The position numbers and the translations under genes were made by a program. From IMG/VR virus record IMGVR_UViG_3300017914_001762, positions 1 through 36,491 of that record: a stretch of DNA of 36,491 nucleotides; one strand, 5' to 3'. Shown here in pieces: positions 9,564 through 19,151 of the stretch. Under the pieces are notes generated by a model. It had not been told where the DNA came from and ran no database searches. It saw nothing but the letters and a program-made list of their open reading frames with translations. Position 1 is the first letter of the stretch. Each line of letters begins with the position of its first letter. Source of the stretch: a virus (Duplodnaviria > Caudoviricetes).

Positions 9564-10746
9564 TCTTTTTTAACTTCTTTTGTTTATCAAACTGTTTTTG
9601 TCTATTTTTAGCAATGGCTAATCCTGCTTCTTGCACGACTTGTTTACCTGTTTTTAAATCATCCACTTGAACAAAATTACTACCTGGATATGCAACTTTC
9701 TTACTACAAGTTTGACTGCATATTCTAATACGTGAACCTTTTGTAGTACCGTGTTCATTTGCTGACCAACTAGATACTAAATCTTCTTGATAGAATTCGT
9801 GGTTCATAATATCTTGCCAATTACGTTTTGCTAAATTGTTCCAATCTTCTCCCCAAATGCCATCTATTCTTTCTTTAAGTTCATCATTACGAAATACTTT
9901 AAAACTATTAAAGTAACAACAAGGCCAAAGTCTTCCGTCCCAACTAACATGATATTGACTTAATGATCCTTGCCATTCACAAACTATAGGATCATCAGGA
10001 ACTTTCACTGAATCTAATTCAAAGCCGTACCTTCTAATCTTTTTCATTTCTTTTCTACTCTTTAATAAAGTTTTATCTAAATCATTAAGTAGTGGACTTT
10101 TATTAATTCTAGTTCTAAATTTTTTGAATCCCATTTTTTTAGCAAGTTCTCTTGCTTCGTCAATTTGATGTTCGTTCCAAGGAAAAACTAAAAACTGCCA
10201 TCCAACTTTTGCACCAGTGCTAATTAATGCTTCTGCGTTAGCCATAATCTTATCCCAACGACAATTTTTACGATACAAGTGATTAGTATCTTCTAATCCG
10301 TCTATACTAAACCATACTATATGATTTTTATTCTTTTGTGATGCTAAAACTTCTCCCCATTCTTTAACATATTTTGGAGTACGCATACTTCCATTTGTAT
10401 GTACGCCTAAAAATATATCTGGTCGCAAATCTAAACAAAGTTTTGTTACACCAACTAAATCTTTATGTGCTAAAGGATCGTCAATAGTTCCTGTAAAATA
10501 TATTTCTTCTAGACTTTTACAGTTAGTCATTACATTTTCAAATACTTTTAAAGGAAGATATTTCGGTTTACCTAATCCCGGTCTATTCATCATAGGCAAG
10601 TTTGTTATGTCAACATGAATTCCATCTTTGTGCATTTGTTTCAAAGTTTTAAAGTCAATAGTATTACGTTGACAACTACTGCACAAAGCATTACATACGT
10701 TGCTTATTTCAAATTGAATCATGCGTGGGTTAGGAAGATAATGCAT
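9556..10746 (-). CDS. Radical SAM enzyme with C-terminal twitch domain
   Basis: CNALCSSC, GTIDDP, HTNGS and FSIDGL motifs. C-terminal C...PCC...CSQTC. Paralog of 4291..5376. Confidence 0.9.
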   Translation of the reverse strand: MHYLPNPRMIQFEISNVCNALCSSCQRNTIDFKTLKQMHKDGIHVDITNLPMMNRPGLGKPKYLPLKVFENVMTNCKSLEEIYFTGTIDDPLAHKDLVGVTKLCLDLRPDIFLGVHTNGSMRTPKYVKEWGEVLASQKNKNHIVWFSIDGLEDTNHLYRKNCRWDKIMANAEALISTGAKVGWQFLVFPWNEHQIDEARELAKKMGFKKFRTRINKSPLLNDLDKTLLKSRKEMKKIRRYGFELDSVKVPDDPIVCEWQGSLSQYHVSWDGRLWPCCYFNSFKVFRNDELKERIDGIWGEDWNNLAKRNWQDIMNHEFYQEDLVSSWSANEHGTTKGSRIRICSQTCSKKVAYPGSNFVQVDDLKTGKQVVQEAGLAIAKNRQKQFDKQKKLKKNV

Positions 10747-12251
10747 TAACTACAAACCTTTACACCGTATGCTTGTTCAAATCTATCTGCATCTGCTCTG
10801 TCATTAACCATAGGTTCGCCTCTAATGTTTAAACTTGTATTAAGTAATATAGGACAACCTGTGAGTACATACCATTTCTCTAATAGTTCTCTACAACCAC
10901 TAGGAAAATCTTTGCTTACTGTTTGTACACGACTTGTTCCATCAACATGAACAATAGCAGGAAACTCATCTGGCTTTTTACATTTCGCAACTACTTGCAT
11001 ATACGGACTTGTTTGTAACATAGCCGGCATTTCAAAATATTCATGAACGTGTTCTTCTAATATCATTGGAGCAAACGGTCTAAACTTTTGTCTACGTTTA
11101 ATTTCATTTACTTTGTCTTTAATTTCAGGACCTCTTGGATCTGCAAGTAAACTTCTATTACCTAATGCACGTGGACCAAACTCTGCTTTACCACTTGCTA
11201 CTCCTACAATTTTATTCTTTTGTAGTTCATCTATAATTGCATCAGTTGGGTATGCACCTGGTATAGGAGTACCTAAGAAAGGATTATCATTCCAATGTAA
11301 CTTACTACCATAGGCAAGTGCCGCGGCACCTAAACTACTACCACAGTCTCCTGGGTTTGGCATAATCCATATATCATCAAAAAAGTGTCCTAGTCCTCTG
11401 TTATATAAACAATTAAGAGCAACTCCTCCCATATAAACTAAATTACGACTTACATTAAAACCTCTTGCTCTAGCCATTACGTTATCAATTAGTTTTTCGC
11501 AAACTGCTTGAGCACTTGCGGCTATATTCATTTCATCTGCATTTTTTAAAAAGTCTTCATCAATGCCGATGTGTAAATTGTTTTTTAATCTACTATTACT
11601 AAAGTCGTGTATTAACTTTTCAACTTCTGCTTGATGTTCTGGTTTACCCCAGCCTGCCATACCCATCATAATATATTCTTCATCTAATGGACGTAAGCCA
11701 AGTCTGTGAGTTAATGCACTGTAATACAATCCAATACTGTGTGGATACTTTTGACTGTATAACTTTTTGTATTGTGCTTTCATATTTTCATCATACCAGG
11801 CGTGCCATATTGTAATAGTTTCCCATTCACCAATAGCGTCGATTACAACCACAGTTGCATCTTCAAATGGACTAGTTTGAAAGCCTGCCGCCGCATGAGT
11901 CATATGATGTCTATATGTTTTAATTGCGTGTGTCTTAGGAAGTAATTTTCCAAACTGTTTCTTTAAAGCACCTCGTGTAGTCCAAGTACTACTACGGTCA
12001 CCAAACATTCCTTGTCCAGCATATAATTCTCTTGTCTTCTTTAACCATGGCGTTTCATAAAAGCCTATAGCATCAAACGGTCCATAGCCGTCCATATAAC
12101 TGTTTGCTTGATTAATAATATCTTCGCATAAATCTTTGTCATGTTTCTTTTTACTGTAACGTTCACTGTGAGCGGCAAAACAAATTTCACCATCTTCAAC
12201 AACTGTTAAACCAGCATCATGGAAACCTGCACTAACACCTAATGTTAACAT
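10746..12251 (-). CDS. Carbamoyltransferase, NodU/CmcH family
   Basis: GFHDA, SERYSKKKHD, HHMTHAA, GGVALNC, PGDCGSSLGAA, EFGPRALGNRS, FRPFAP, VHVDGTSRVQTV and LLNTSLN motifs. GGAG Shine-Dalgarno before ATG 12251. Confidence 0.96.
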   Translation of the reverse strand: MLTLGVSAGFHDAGLTVVEDGEICFAAHSERYSKKKHDKDLCEDIINQANSYMDGYGPFDAIGFYETPWLKKTRELYAGQGMFGDRSSTWTTRGALKKQFGKLLPKTHAIKTYRHHMTHAAAGFQTSPFEDATVVVIDAIGEWETITIWHAWYDENMKAQYKKLYSQKYPHSIGLYYSALTHRLGLRPLDEEYIMMGMAGWGKPEHQAEVEKLIHDFSNSRLKNNLHIGIDEDFLKNADEMNIAASAQAVCEKLIDNVMARARGFNVSRNLVYMGGVALNCLYNRGLGHFFDDIWIMPNPGDCGSSLGAAALAYGSKLHWNDNPFLGTPIPGAYPTDAIIDELQKNKIVGVASGKAEFGPRALGNRSLLADPRGPEIKDKVNEIKRRQKFRPFAPMILEEHVHEYFEMPAMLQTSPYMQVVAKCKKPDEFPAIVHVDGTSRVQTVSKDFPSGCRELLEKWYVLTGCPILLNTSLNIRGEPMVNDRADADRFEQAYGVKVCS

Positions 12252-13252
12252 TTTCTCTCCAAATCTAAAGTTACGCAATGGTGTCCGCCGCCTAATGTAC
12301 GACTGTGTGTTAGTTGTACAGGCACCACTGTAAACTTTTCTCTTTCTAATCGTTTAATTAATTTTGTTTGTCTTGGATCAACAATAACTGTATTAGGATC
12401 AACACTTAATACATTCATACCAATCCAATTACTAGCATATGGATAATTGTAAAACTCCATATCTTCTACTTCATTTACCCAAATCTTTTTCCACTTCTTT
12501 AAAAACTTTGGAAGTTTTGCAGTAGTAACTCTTTGTTTGTTTAATAATAATGTTCCTTCATTTAACGCACAGATTGTACTGTCGATATGTGCGTATGCGT
12601 AAACATCTTCCCATACATGAACAGTATACTCTTCGCCTAGTACGGTACTCAACCATTGAGCACCGGCTACGTTACCTGTTTGACTTTTTAAGTATAACAA
12701 GTCTTTGCCAAAACGTAAAACATTTGCGGCATCAAATATTGGAGTTGATTCTGTTAGATTACCTTTATCATCAAATACTTCGTGTACAGGTAAACAATGA
12801 CGTGGTGCAGTTATCCACTTACAACCAGACTTGATTGCTTCGTGTCTAATATCTCTATATGCTTCTGTTTCGTGAAACCTGCTATGAAATAATACAGGCG
12901 TTTCGATTACAGTATTACCTACAACTAAAATAACATCACGTGGACAATAGTTATAAAAGCCATCTGCAAAATATCTATAACCGTGTACAGTTTGTTGAAA
13001 GTCTAAGACTCTTGGTCTTAATACTTTTACACCTAAGTCTTGTAATACTTTTTCAAAGTTTCTTAATTCGTGGTCTGTTAAATCTAGTACGTCTTGATTA
13101 ATAGGACCTTTAGGTTGAGGAGTTTCAGTCCATTTACTATGTTTAGCAACTTCGTTAAACACATCATCATACTTTGGGAATCTTGCTTTTTGAACATCAC
13201 CTAGTATAATACTTTTTAATGGATCCCACTCATTGTGTGATTGAATATTCAT
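12245..13252 (-). CDS. Amidinotransferase (glycine/inosamine-phosphate amidinotransferase family)
   Basis: NEWDPL, YCPRD, FDAAN, HIDST and GGGHHCVTLD (catalytic Asp/His/Cys of the pentein fold). Start ATG 13252 preferred. Confidence 0.93.
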   Translation of the reverse strand: MNIQSHNEWDPLKSIILGDVQKARFPKYDDVFNEVAKHSKWTETPQPKGPINQDVLDLTDHELRNFEKVLQDLGVKVLRPRVLDFQQTVHGYRYFADGFYNYCPRDVILVVGNTVIETPVLFHSRFHETEAYRDIRHEAIKSGCKWITAPRHCLPVHEVFDDKGNLTESTPIFDAANVLRFGKDLLYLKSQTGNVAGAQWLSTVLGEEYTVHVWEDVYAYAHIDSTICALNEGTLLLNKQRVTTAKLPKFLKKWKKIWVNEVEDMEFYNYPYASNWIGMNVLSVDPNTVIVDPRQTKLIKRLEREKFTVVPVQLTHSRTLGGGHHCVTLDLERKC

Positions 13253-13260
13253 TGATTTAC

Positions 13261-13983
13261 CTATTCTAAATTTAAACATTTTCGTATACTTGGATACGAA
13301 ACTTTTTGTGGTTTTTGTTCCTTATAATTATCTAATTTAACAATACCTACTGCCGATTGTTCTGGAGACAAGTAGTAATGGTAACCTGGTTCTTTATATT
13401 CTTCTTTATCCCAAGGAGACACTTTTAAATCTCTTCCATCATACCTGGCACGAATTAGCCAATCATAGGCTTCTCGACTGTTTAATAGTATAGCACCTCC
13501 TTTGCCAATAGTCAATGGCTTTCCGTTGCCAAAACTCAAACATTTAAAGATATCGTTGTCGTGCCATATATCCTTTTCTTCATCTACCTCTGTAAACATA
13601 TTCTTTTGTAATCTTCTAGCACTATCCCATATAGGATAATTACCTAATTGATATTCGCCTGTCCAATCTTTATCTTCAACTGAAAAAGTTAAATCTAATC
13701 TTTGTAACATCATAGCAACACTTAAATATGTTTGGTCAGGTATTGAAAGATGAGGAACATTTCTTGGGTGTCTTCTTTTATACCAACGTATACACAATTC
13801 CAATGCGTGTGTACAACAGTCAGTTGTAACTACATACGGAGCACCTGTGTACTCTGCTAAACGTTTTTCAAATTCAAATATAACGTCATATGGATCATTC
13901 CACCCAACGCCATATTCTTTTAGTAATTCCAGAACGTCTTGATTAATAATGTCCTGTAATTTGTAATGTGTATCTTGGTTCAT
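13261..13983 (-). CDS. DegT/DnrJ/EryC1/StrS-family PLP aminotransferase, short form
   Basis: FEKRLAEYTGAPYVV..DCCTHAL, WDSA (PLP-binding Asp) and SFGNGKPL..GKGG (PLP Lys). Exact start uncertain. Confidence 0.85.
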   Translation of the reverse strand: MNQDTHYKLQDIINQDVLELLKEYGVGWNDPYDVIFEFEKRLAEYTGAPYVVTTDCCTHALELCIRWYKRRHPRNVPHLSIPDQTYLSVAMMLQRLDLTFSVEDKDWTGEYQLGNYPIWDSARRLQKNMFTEVDEEKDIWHDNDIFKCLSFGNGKPLTIGKGGAILLNSREAYDWLIRARYDGRDLKVSPWDKEEYKEPGYHYYLSPEQSAVGIVKLDNYKEQKPQKVSYPSIRKCLNLE

Positions 13984-14461
13984 AACCTATATTACCTGCA
14001 CTATGTGGAACTCTACCTCTCCACATAATAGCACCTCCTCTGTGCCAGTTCATACTGAACTGATCTATTTCAAATAAGTGCCCTCGTTTTTTATCTTCTA
14101 AAAATACTAAACAACGTAAAACATCATCACTCTTTTCGATATTAAACAGTTGCTTGTATTTTGTAAAATGGTCTGCGTGTGGTGGCAGTATATCGCCTGG
14201 CATCATTTTATAAAATGTATAACCACAATCTTGCCACTCAAGTAAAGTACCTATGTCTTTTGCCCATGCAGGTATTCTTCCTTGGTCACTAAACATCATG
14301 CCTGTGTAATTTTTATGTGTGAATCCAGTTGCCTCCCACTTGGCTAATTGATGTTTATCTCCGTACTCAACTCTTTTGTAATCAAGTTCTTCATAACTAT
14401 CCGAATCCCAAGTTGGATTTAATTGAAATGTTTCGTATTCTAAACTAGCGAGTTTTACCAT
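13943..14461 (-). CDS. 2OG-Fe(II) oxygenase-like protein
   Basis: LPPHAD (HxD), VPHSAGN and RYTLQIT (2OG-binding RxS/T-like). Confidence 0.75.
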   Translation of the reverse strand: MVKLASLEYETFQLNPTWDSDSYEELDYKRVEYGDKHQLAKWEATGFTHKNYTGMMFSDQGRIPAWAKDIGTLLEWQDCGYTFYKMMPGDILPPHADHFTKYKQLFNIEKSDDVLRCLVFLEDKKRGHLFEIDQFSMNWHRGGAIMWRGRVPHSAGNIGYEPRYTLQITGHY

Positions 14462-15587
14462 AGTGTATTACTTTCACGTTAGGGTTACTTGTATAATATA
14501 ATCTCCACGGATCAAATACAACCGTATGTTCGTCAACGTTTATTTCATCTTCTGGATGAACTCTAACAATAACTTCAACTGGATTATCGAAACCATTTAC
14601 AAGTATACCACCATGTTTAGTTACATAGTGCTGTACTAATAAACTATAACTACCATCAGTGTATTCAACACCAGGCTTATATGTATCACTTGTAAAGTGT
14701 ATATTGGTTCCGTGTTTTAGTATTTCTTTTGCCATGTTCTCTGCTTGAACTTCTCTGCTTTTAGCAATAGCATCAAACAAGTCATAACCTAAATCTAATC
14801 TTTCTGCTAAATGTCTTAATGCAATATTATCACGTGGGTGACAAGGTCCACCATCTCCCATACCTGCTTTCATATATGCATCACTTGTAATTCTATATCC
14901 TGCTTTTCCTAAACTTTCGGTTACAACATCTACGTTCATGTTACCAACTTTTTGTGCAACGTCTTGTATCATATTAACTAAACTTAATCTTGCACTAATA
15001 AAAGTATTGTAAAATATTTTAGTTGCTTCTGCTTCTTCCCAAGTACCGATGTTATAGTGTGGATCATTTTCCATTATTGTTTTATAAAAGTCTACTAATG
15101 CTTTCGCATCACTATCGTTTGGCTTCTCTCCGCCTATAATAACCATATCAGGATTAACCATATCCCAAGCAACTGTACCCATAGCAATTAAGTATGGATT
15201 ATAAATGAATCTTGCTTTGTCTAATAATTGTGCAAACTCTCTTCTTGTTGTTCCAGGTAGTACTGTACTAATTAAAACAACAATAGTATCTTCTGTTGCA
15301 TACTTGTTTATTTCGTTTAAACATGATTTAACATTGTCAATACCAAAGTCTTTATTTGGTAAATGTGTAATAGGAGTTTCTCCTCCATATGCAGGATCGT
15401 GTGGAGTTTGTACTGCAACAAAAACAAAATCTTTGTTCTCTACTGCTAGTCTTGGATCAGTAACAACATCAACTTTGTCACTATCAACTTCTCTAATGTC
15501 ATAACCTGTTACTGAATGACCTTTGTCCACAATCATTTCTGAACAAATCATTCCTAACTTACCTAATCCAAACCATCCTATATTCAT
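14445..15587 (-). CDS. UDP-glucose/GDP-mannose dehydrogenase family protein (divergent)
   Basis: GLGKLG, AVQTP, ISTVLPGT, AEATKIFYN and GDGGPCHPRD. NPYL replaces the canonical NPEF. Confidence 0.88.
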   Translation of the reverse strand: MNIGWFGLGKLGMICSEMIVDKGHSVTGYDIREVDSDKVDVVTDPRLAVENKDFVFVAVQTPHDPAYGGETPITHLPNKDFGIDNVKSCLNEINKYATEDTIVVLISTVLPGTTRREFAQLLDKARFIYNPYLIAMGTVAWDMVNPDMVIIGGEKPNDSDAKALVDFYKTIMENDPHYNIGTWEEAEATKIFYNTFISARLSLVNMIQDVAQKVGNMNVDVVTESLGKAGYRITSDAYMKAGMGDGGPCHPRDNIALRHLAERLDLGYDLFDAIAKSREVQAENMAKEILKHGTNIHFTSDTYKPGVEYTDGSYSLLVQHYVTKHGGILVNGFDNPVEVIVRVHPEDEINVDEHTVVFDPWRLYYTSNPNVKVIHYGKTR

Positions 15588-16792
15588 GTTAATACCTTCA
15601 TAATATCTTTTCTAATTGCACCTGTTCTAATATGATTTCTATTATGTACAAGTGTTGGTCTCATATGTTCTCTTATTTGTTTTAATTCTTTTAGTGATTG
15701 TTGTTTAAGATCTAATAAAATATCAAATACTTTATCCATTCTTGTTATGGGGTCAAGTTCTTCGTCATAACTTTCGTCCCAAAATTCTGAAAACGTTTTT
15801 AGTCCCCAATGTTTTAATAACTCTAAACTATGTGGACCTGCTAGTAACAAAACTGCACTGCCTTGTTTCATAGGATCTAAAACTTTTTCACTTATTTGTC
15901 CCCAAGGGTACTCGTAGTTTGTTTCACAAGCAAGTGTAACAAAACTGTTTGTGTAATATTCTTCTACACCATCAGCCTGGTTATCACTAATACTATTTAT
16001 GGTTCCTAGGCCAGGATTCATATGTTCTTTCATACTAACTTTTTGTAATGGTCCTGATTCTACACTTAATGGTATGCGTAGATTAAGACTATTTCTTCCG
16101 TTAATGATATCTTTATAGTGTTTGCTTTTTTTGAAAGGAAATTTATACACAACATCAGTTGCATCGTGATAATGTGTTACAGGTTCATTGGAGTAATGAC
16201 GGTTCATAAAACTAACTGCTAAATGTCTGTGTTGATCCCAACGATATGTAAAGCAATTAACTTTATGTTTGATATCCATATTTAAACCGTCCCATTGTTC
16301 TCTATTTAAATGACAGTAACCCAAACTAAATGTGTCTAAAGGATAAATTGCCCAGTTGGCATATTGAGTGTTTTGGAGTGCATCTAACATACGATACTCG
16401 TTTGTAAATATTTTAAATTTACAGTTGTGCTTGTTGCACCAATTTTGTATCATATCAAATTCGTTGATTATGCAGTCTTGTTCAATAATACCTTCTGGGC
16501 AATTATATCTGGAGTGATTTTGCCAAACTGAAAGTACTTCATATAAAAAGAAATACACTGTTTGGTCTTTTACGTTAACCCTTGAATCCGACCAAGATTC
16601 GAACCAATGACAAGGTCCATTCAAAATGATATAAGGATTAATAATACCTAAGGACTGTAGTGATTCATCTACAAGAGGTATACTGCCAACAGTTAAAGTA
16701 TCAAATGTACTAGTTGTAGACGTTGCATCTACAATATGCTGGTCAAGTTCTTTACTAATATTATTTATATAAATTGTGTTAAATTGCATCAT
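15584..16792 (-). CDS. Glycosyltransferase-like protein (GT10/fucosyltransferase-like C-terminal motif)
   Basis: FVTLACET...ISEKVLDP resembles the GT10 F.L.FEN...Y.TEK motif. Start ATG 16792 or 16789 preferred over 16897, which overlaps the upstream gene extensively. Confidence 0.5.
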   Translation of the reverse strand: MMQFNTIYINNISKELDQHIVDATSTTSTFDTLTVGSIPLVDESLQSLGIINPYIILNGPCHWFESWSDSRVNVKDQTVYFFLYEVLSVWQNHSRYNCPEGIIEQDCIINEFDMIQNWCNKHNCKFKIFTNEYRMLDALQNTQYANWAIYPLDTFSLGYCHLNREQWDGLNMDIKHKVNCFTYRWDQHRHLAVSFMNRHYSNEPVTHYHDATDVVYKFPFKKSKHYKDIINGRNSLNLRIPLSVESGPLQKVSMKEHMNPGLGTINSISDNQADGVEEYYTNSFVTLACETNYEYPWGQISEKVLDPMKQGSAVLLLAGPHSLELLKHWGLKTFSEFWDESYDEELDPITRMDKVFDILLDLKQQSLKELKQIREHMRPTLVHNRNHIRTGAIRKDIMKVLT

Positions 16793-18125
16793 ACCAGCCC
16801 AAATATTCAGGAAAAACAGTTGCAAAGTCTGTACTTCTACGTTTATCGAGCTCTTGTGTATATACTTTAAAGTTTTGTCTATGATTGCTATGGTCAATAC
16901 TACGTTGACTACGCCAGTATTCTATAATACGTTTTAACTTATCTGTTTCGCTTTTATGTATTAACTCTTGCTTTTCCATGGTTTGCATATAGTCTACAGT
17001 ATTAACCATATACTGTTCAAATGTTTCATCTAGTATCTTAACATCCATCATTTCAGGATAACGTAAGTATGGAATATCAATGTACATACAATCTCTACCA
17101 TACTGTTTTCTTAATGCAATTAAATCATGTAAGTATTCTTTAAATGATGTAACACTCAGTGCATTATAAGTACACATAAACGTAACAACAAAGTTATCAT
17201 AATCTTTAAACTCTTTAAATACACGTTCTAAATTATTGAAAAACTTTTTGTAATCAAACCCAGTTCGTATGTATCCTGCTTTGTCGCCTTTTGCTTCTGC
17301 ACTTGTATAAATTTCTAATTTTCTAACTTTTCCACTTTGTAAAACTTTATGTGCTTGTGAAATAAACTTGTCAAATAATTTATCCTCTACACAGAAGTTA
17401 CTGTTAATACCTAGCAACAAATTTGTATTTGGTTTATCTGTATTAATAATCCAATCCATCATTTTAAAAGTATTCTTATTCATCAACGGCTCACCGCCTG
17501 TAACACGAAAAGTATGTAATGCAGGATATAAATCTGGCCACCATTTCCAAAATGCATCTACATATGGATTCTCTTCCCGTTCGGGTATAGGCATACGTCC
17601 TGAACGTTCTAACCATTCAATGTTATTGTAATTGTCTGTTGTACTAAAACCGCCATGTTGTTTGATTTCTTGCATCCATGCACTACTAATAGCAGGACTA
17701 CAATACATACATTTAAAATTACAAGCATAACCAAAACTTACTTCTACATAAGTTGGCTGAAAGTTTTTATCCCATGAGTTATTTTTAATTGTGTCAAAGT
17801 GTTGATTACTCCAACTAAATGCACTTTTCAAATGTCTATCACTTAATGCATTTGGATCTGCATCTTCAACTCGCCAACAGTAATCACACTCTTTAGGTCT
17901 ACCACCTTCAAGCATTTCTTTACGTTGTTGTTTTTTATATATTGAATTATGTAGTGAACTTGGATCTAATTTTATTTCATCAATAGGTACTTGATGTACA
18001 GGTGGGTGGTGACAACTATGTGCCGTTCCATTTTGTAAGTTAAGTGTTAACTGTGTCCATTTAGCCAAACAGAATCCAGGACCAACTGCATTCAGTTTCT
18101 CTTTCATCTCTTCTGGGTTAGACAT
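16779..18125 (-). CDS. Radical SAM enzyme with N-terminal twitch-like domain (CHH variant)
   Basis: CNFKCMYC, VTGGEPL and INSN motifs. N-terminal FCLAKW...SCHHP...CDYC. Start 18125 or 18134. Confidence 0.9.
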   Translation of the reverse strand: MSNPEEMKEKLNAVGPGFCLAKWTQLTLNLQNGTAHSCHHPPVHQVPIDEIKLDPSSLHNSIYKKQQRKEMLEGGRPKECDYCWRVEDADPNALSDRHLKSAFSWSNQHFDTIKNNSWDKNFQPTYVEVSFGYACNFKCMYCSPAISSAWMQEIKQHGGFSTTDNYNNIEWLERSGRMPIPEREENPYVDAFWKWWPDLYPALHTFRVTGGEPLMNKNTFKMMDWIINTDKPNTNLLLGINSNFCVEDKLFDKFISQAHKVLQSGKVRKLEIYTSAEAKGDKAGYIRTGFDYKKFFNNLERVFKEFKDYDNFVVTFMCTYNALSVTSFKEYLHDLIALRKQYGRDCMYIDIPYLRYPEMMDVKILDETFEQYMVNTVDYMQTMEKQELIHKSETDKLKRIIEYWRSQRSIDHSNHRQNFKVYTQELDKRRSTDFATVFPEYLGWYDAI

Positions 18126-18126
18126 C

Positions 18127-18822
18127 TTAAGCATATGTTTCTTTTAATATTTTCCAAGTAGTATAAGGCCCATCAACTTGATACCACTTGTCTTCAGGGT
18201 GTATCATTTTATCTGCTAATGGTTTATCGTTACCATGTTCGTGTATTCTATCTCCAAAGAAAACCATAGGAGCACCTATTACATCATAAACCTGTGCTTT
18301 ATTTTTTCCTTTAAGATGAATATCAATACTAGTATTGCCTCCAAGTTCTGCTTCAAAGCCTGTAAATAACTCATTGAATTGTTTACATATTCTTATACGT
18401 TCACCGTGTTCTTTATCCCAAGCAAAATATTCATCACGTTGTTCACCAACTGCATTTCTTCCTACTGTACTAAAGTTTATAAGTCCAGTTCTTTTTTCAA
18501 TATGATTACCAAATTTATTTTTGTATGGACTAAAGTCTACTTGTTGTGTTAGCCATTGATCCATATCAGCAGGAGCATTAAGATGTGTCGATTGAACTTC
18601 AGTTCCTTTACGCCACACACTATTACCTGCACATTGAAATACCATTGTACAGTTATCAACTATTTCGTGTCCAATTTGTTCTATAGTTTTTGCTCGATCA
18701 CTACCAGTAACGATAAAAACATTTTTATCTTTCATCCATGAAAGAAGCCAAAGTCTAAAATCAACTGGTATTATTTTTCTACTCTCTGATAGAGTACCGT
18801 CTACGTCAAATACAAAATTCAT
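18127..18822 (-). CDS. HAD-IIB enzyme, eukaryotic-type phosphomannomutase-like
   Basis: FDVDGTL (motif I), VTGSD, IEKRTGLINFS (cap motif of the PMM family), K in KGKNKAQ, and FFGD....GND. Confidence 0.85.
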   Translation of the reverse strand: MNFVFDVDGTLSESRKIIPVDFRLWLLSWMKDKNVFIVTGSDRAKTIEQIGHEIVDNCTMVFQCAGNSVWRKGTEVQSTHLNAPADMDQWLTQQVDFSPYKNKFGNHIEKRTGLINFSTVGRNAVGEQRDEYFAWDKEHGERIRICKQFNELFTGFEAELGGNTSIDIHLKGKNKAQVYDVIGAPMVFFGDRIHEHGNDKPLADKMIHPEDKWYQVDGPYTTWKILKETYA

Positions 18823-19151
18823 TATTGTTCCACAAATTTAAGTAAGGTCATCATAGCCAAGCCAGTTACAGTAGCACTTCCTAATAATGCAATCCAAAAA
18901 TTGTAATTGTATAATGCAACAAACATTGGAAAGAATATTAAACTTACTGTTACAAAGTAAACTGTTTGATATGAAAATGTTTTAAAGGTTTGATAGTCTA
19001 CACCACTATAGTGCATAATAGTTAATGTAATAATACTTACTAAAGGTATTCCCATTATAAATGCACCAGCGGTAGGATTCTTTTGTGCTAGTGTACTTAC
19101 AATACCAATTATTAATCCGCCTATAATAGACTTAATTAAAATATCTGTCAT
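18822..19151 (-). CDS. Four-helix membrane protein (DUF3147/GlpM-like)
   Basis: 109 aa with four hydrophobic segments; K.IIGG.....S..A...P..GA....IPLVS pattern. Confidence 0.6.
   Translation of the reverse strand: MTDILIKSIIGGLIIGIVSTLAQKNPTAGAFIMGIPLVSIITLTIMHYSGVDYQTFKTFSYQTVYFVTVSLIFFPMFVALYNYNFWIALLGSATVTGLAMMTLLKFVEQ

Noticed and set aside
16762-16769. Perfect T4 late consensus TATAAATA on the minus strand
   Set aside because: Inside a coding region about 1.2 kb from the next start codon; expected by chance in AT-rich DNA.
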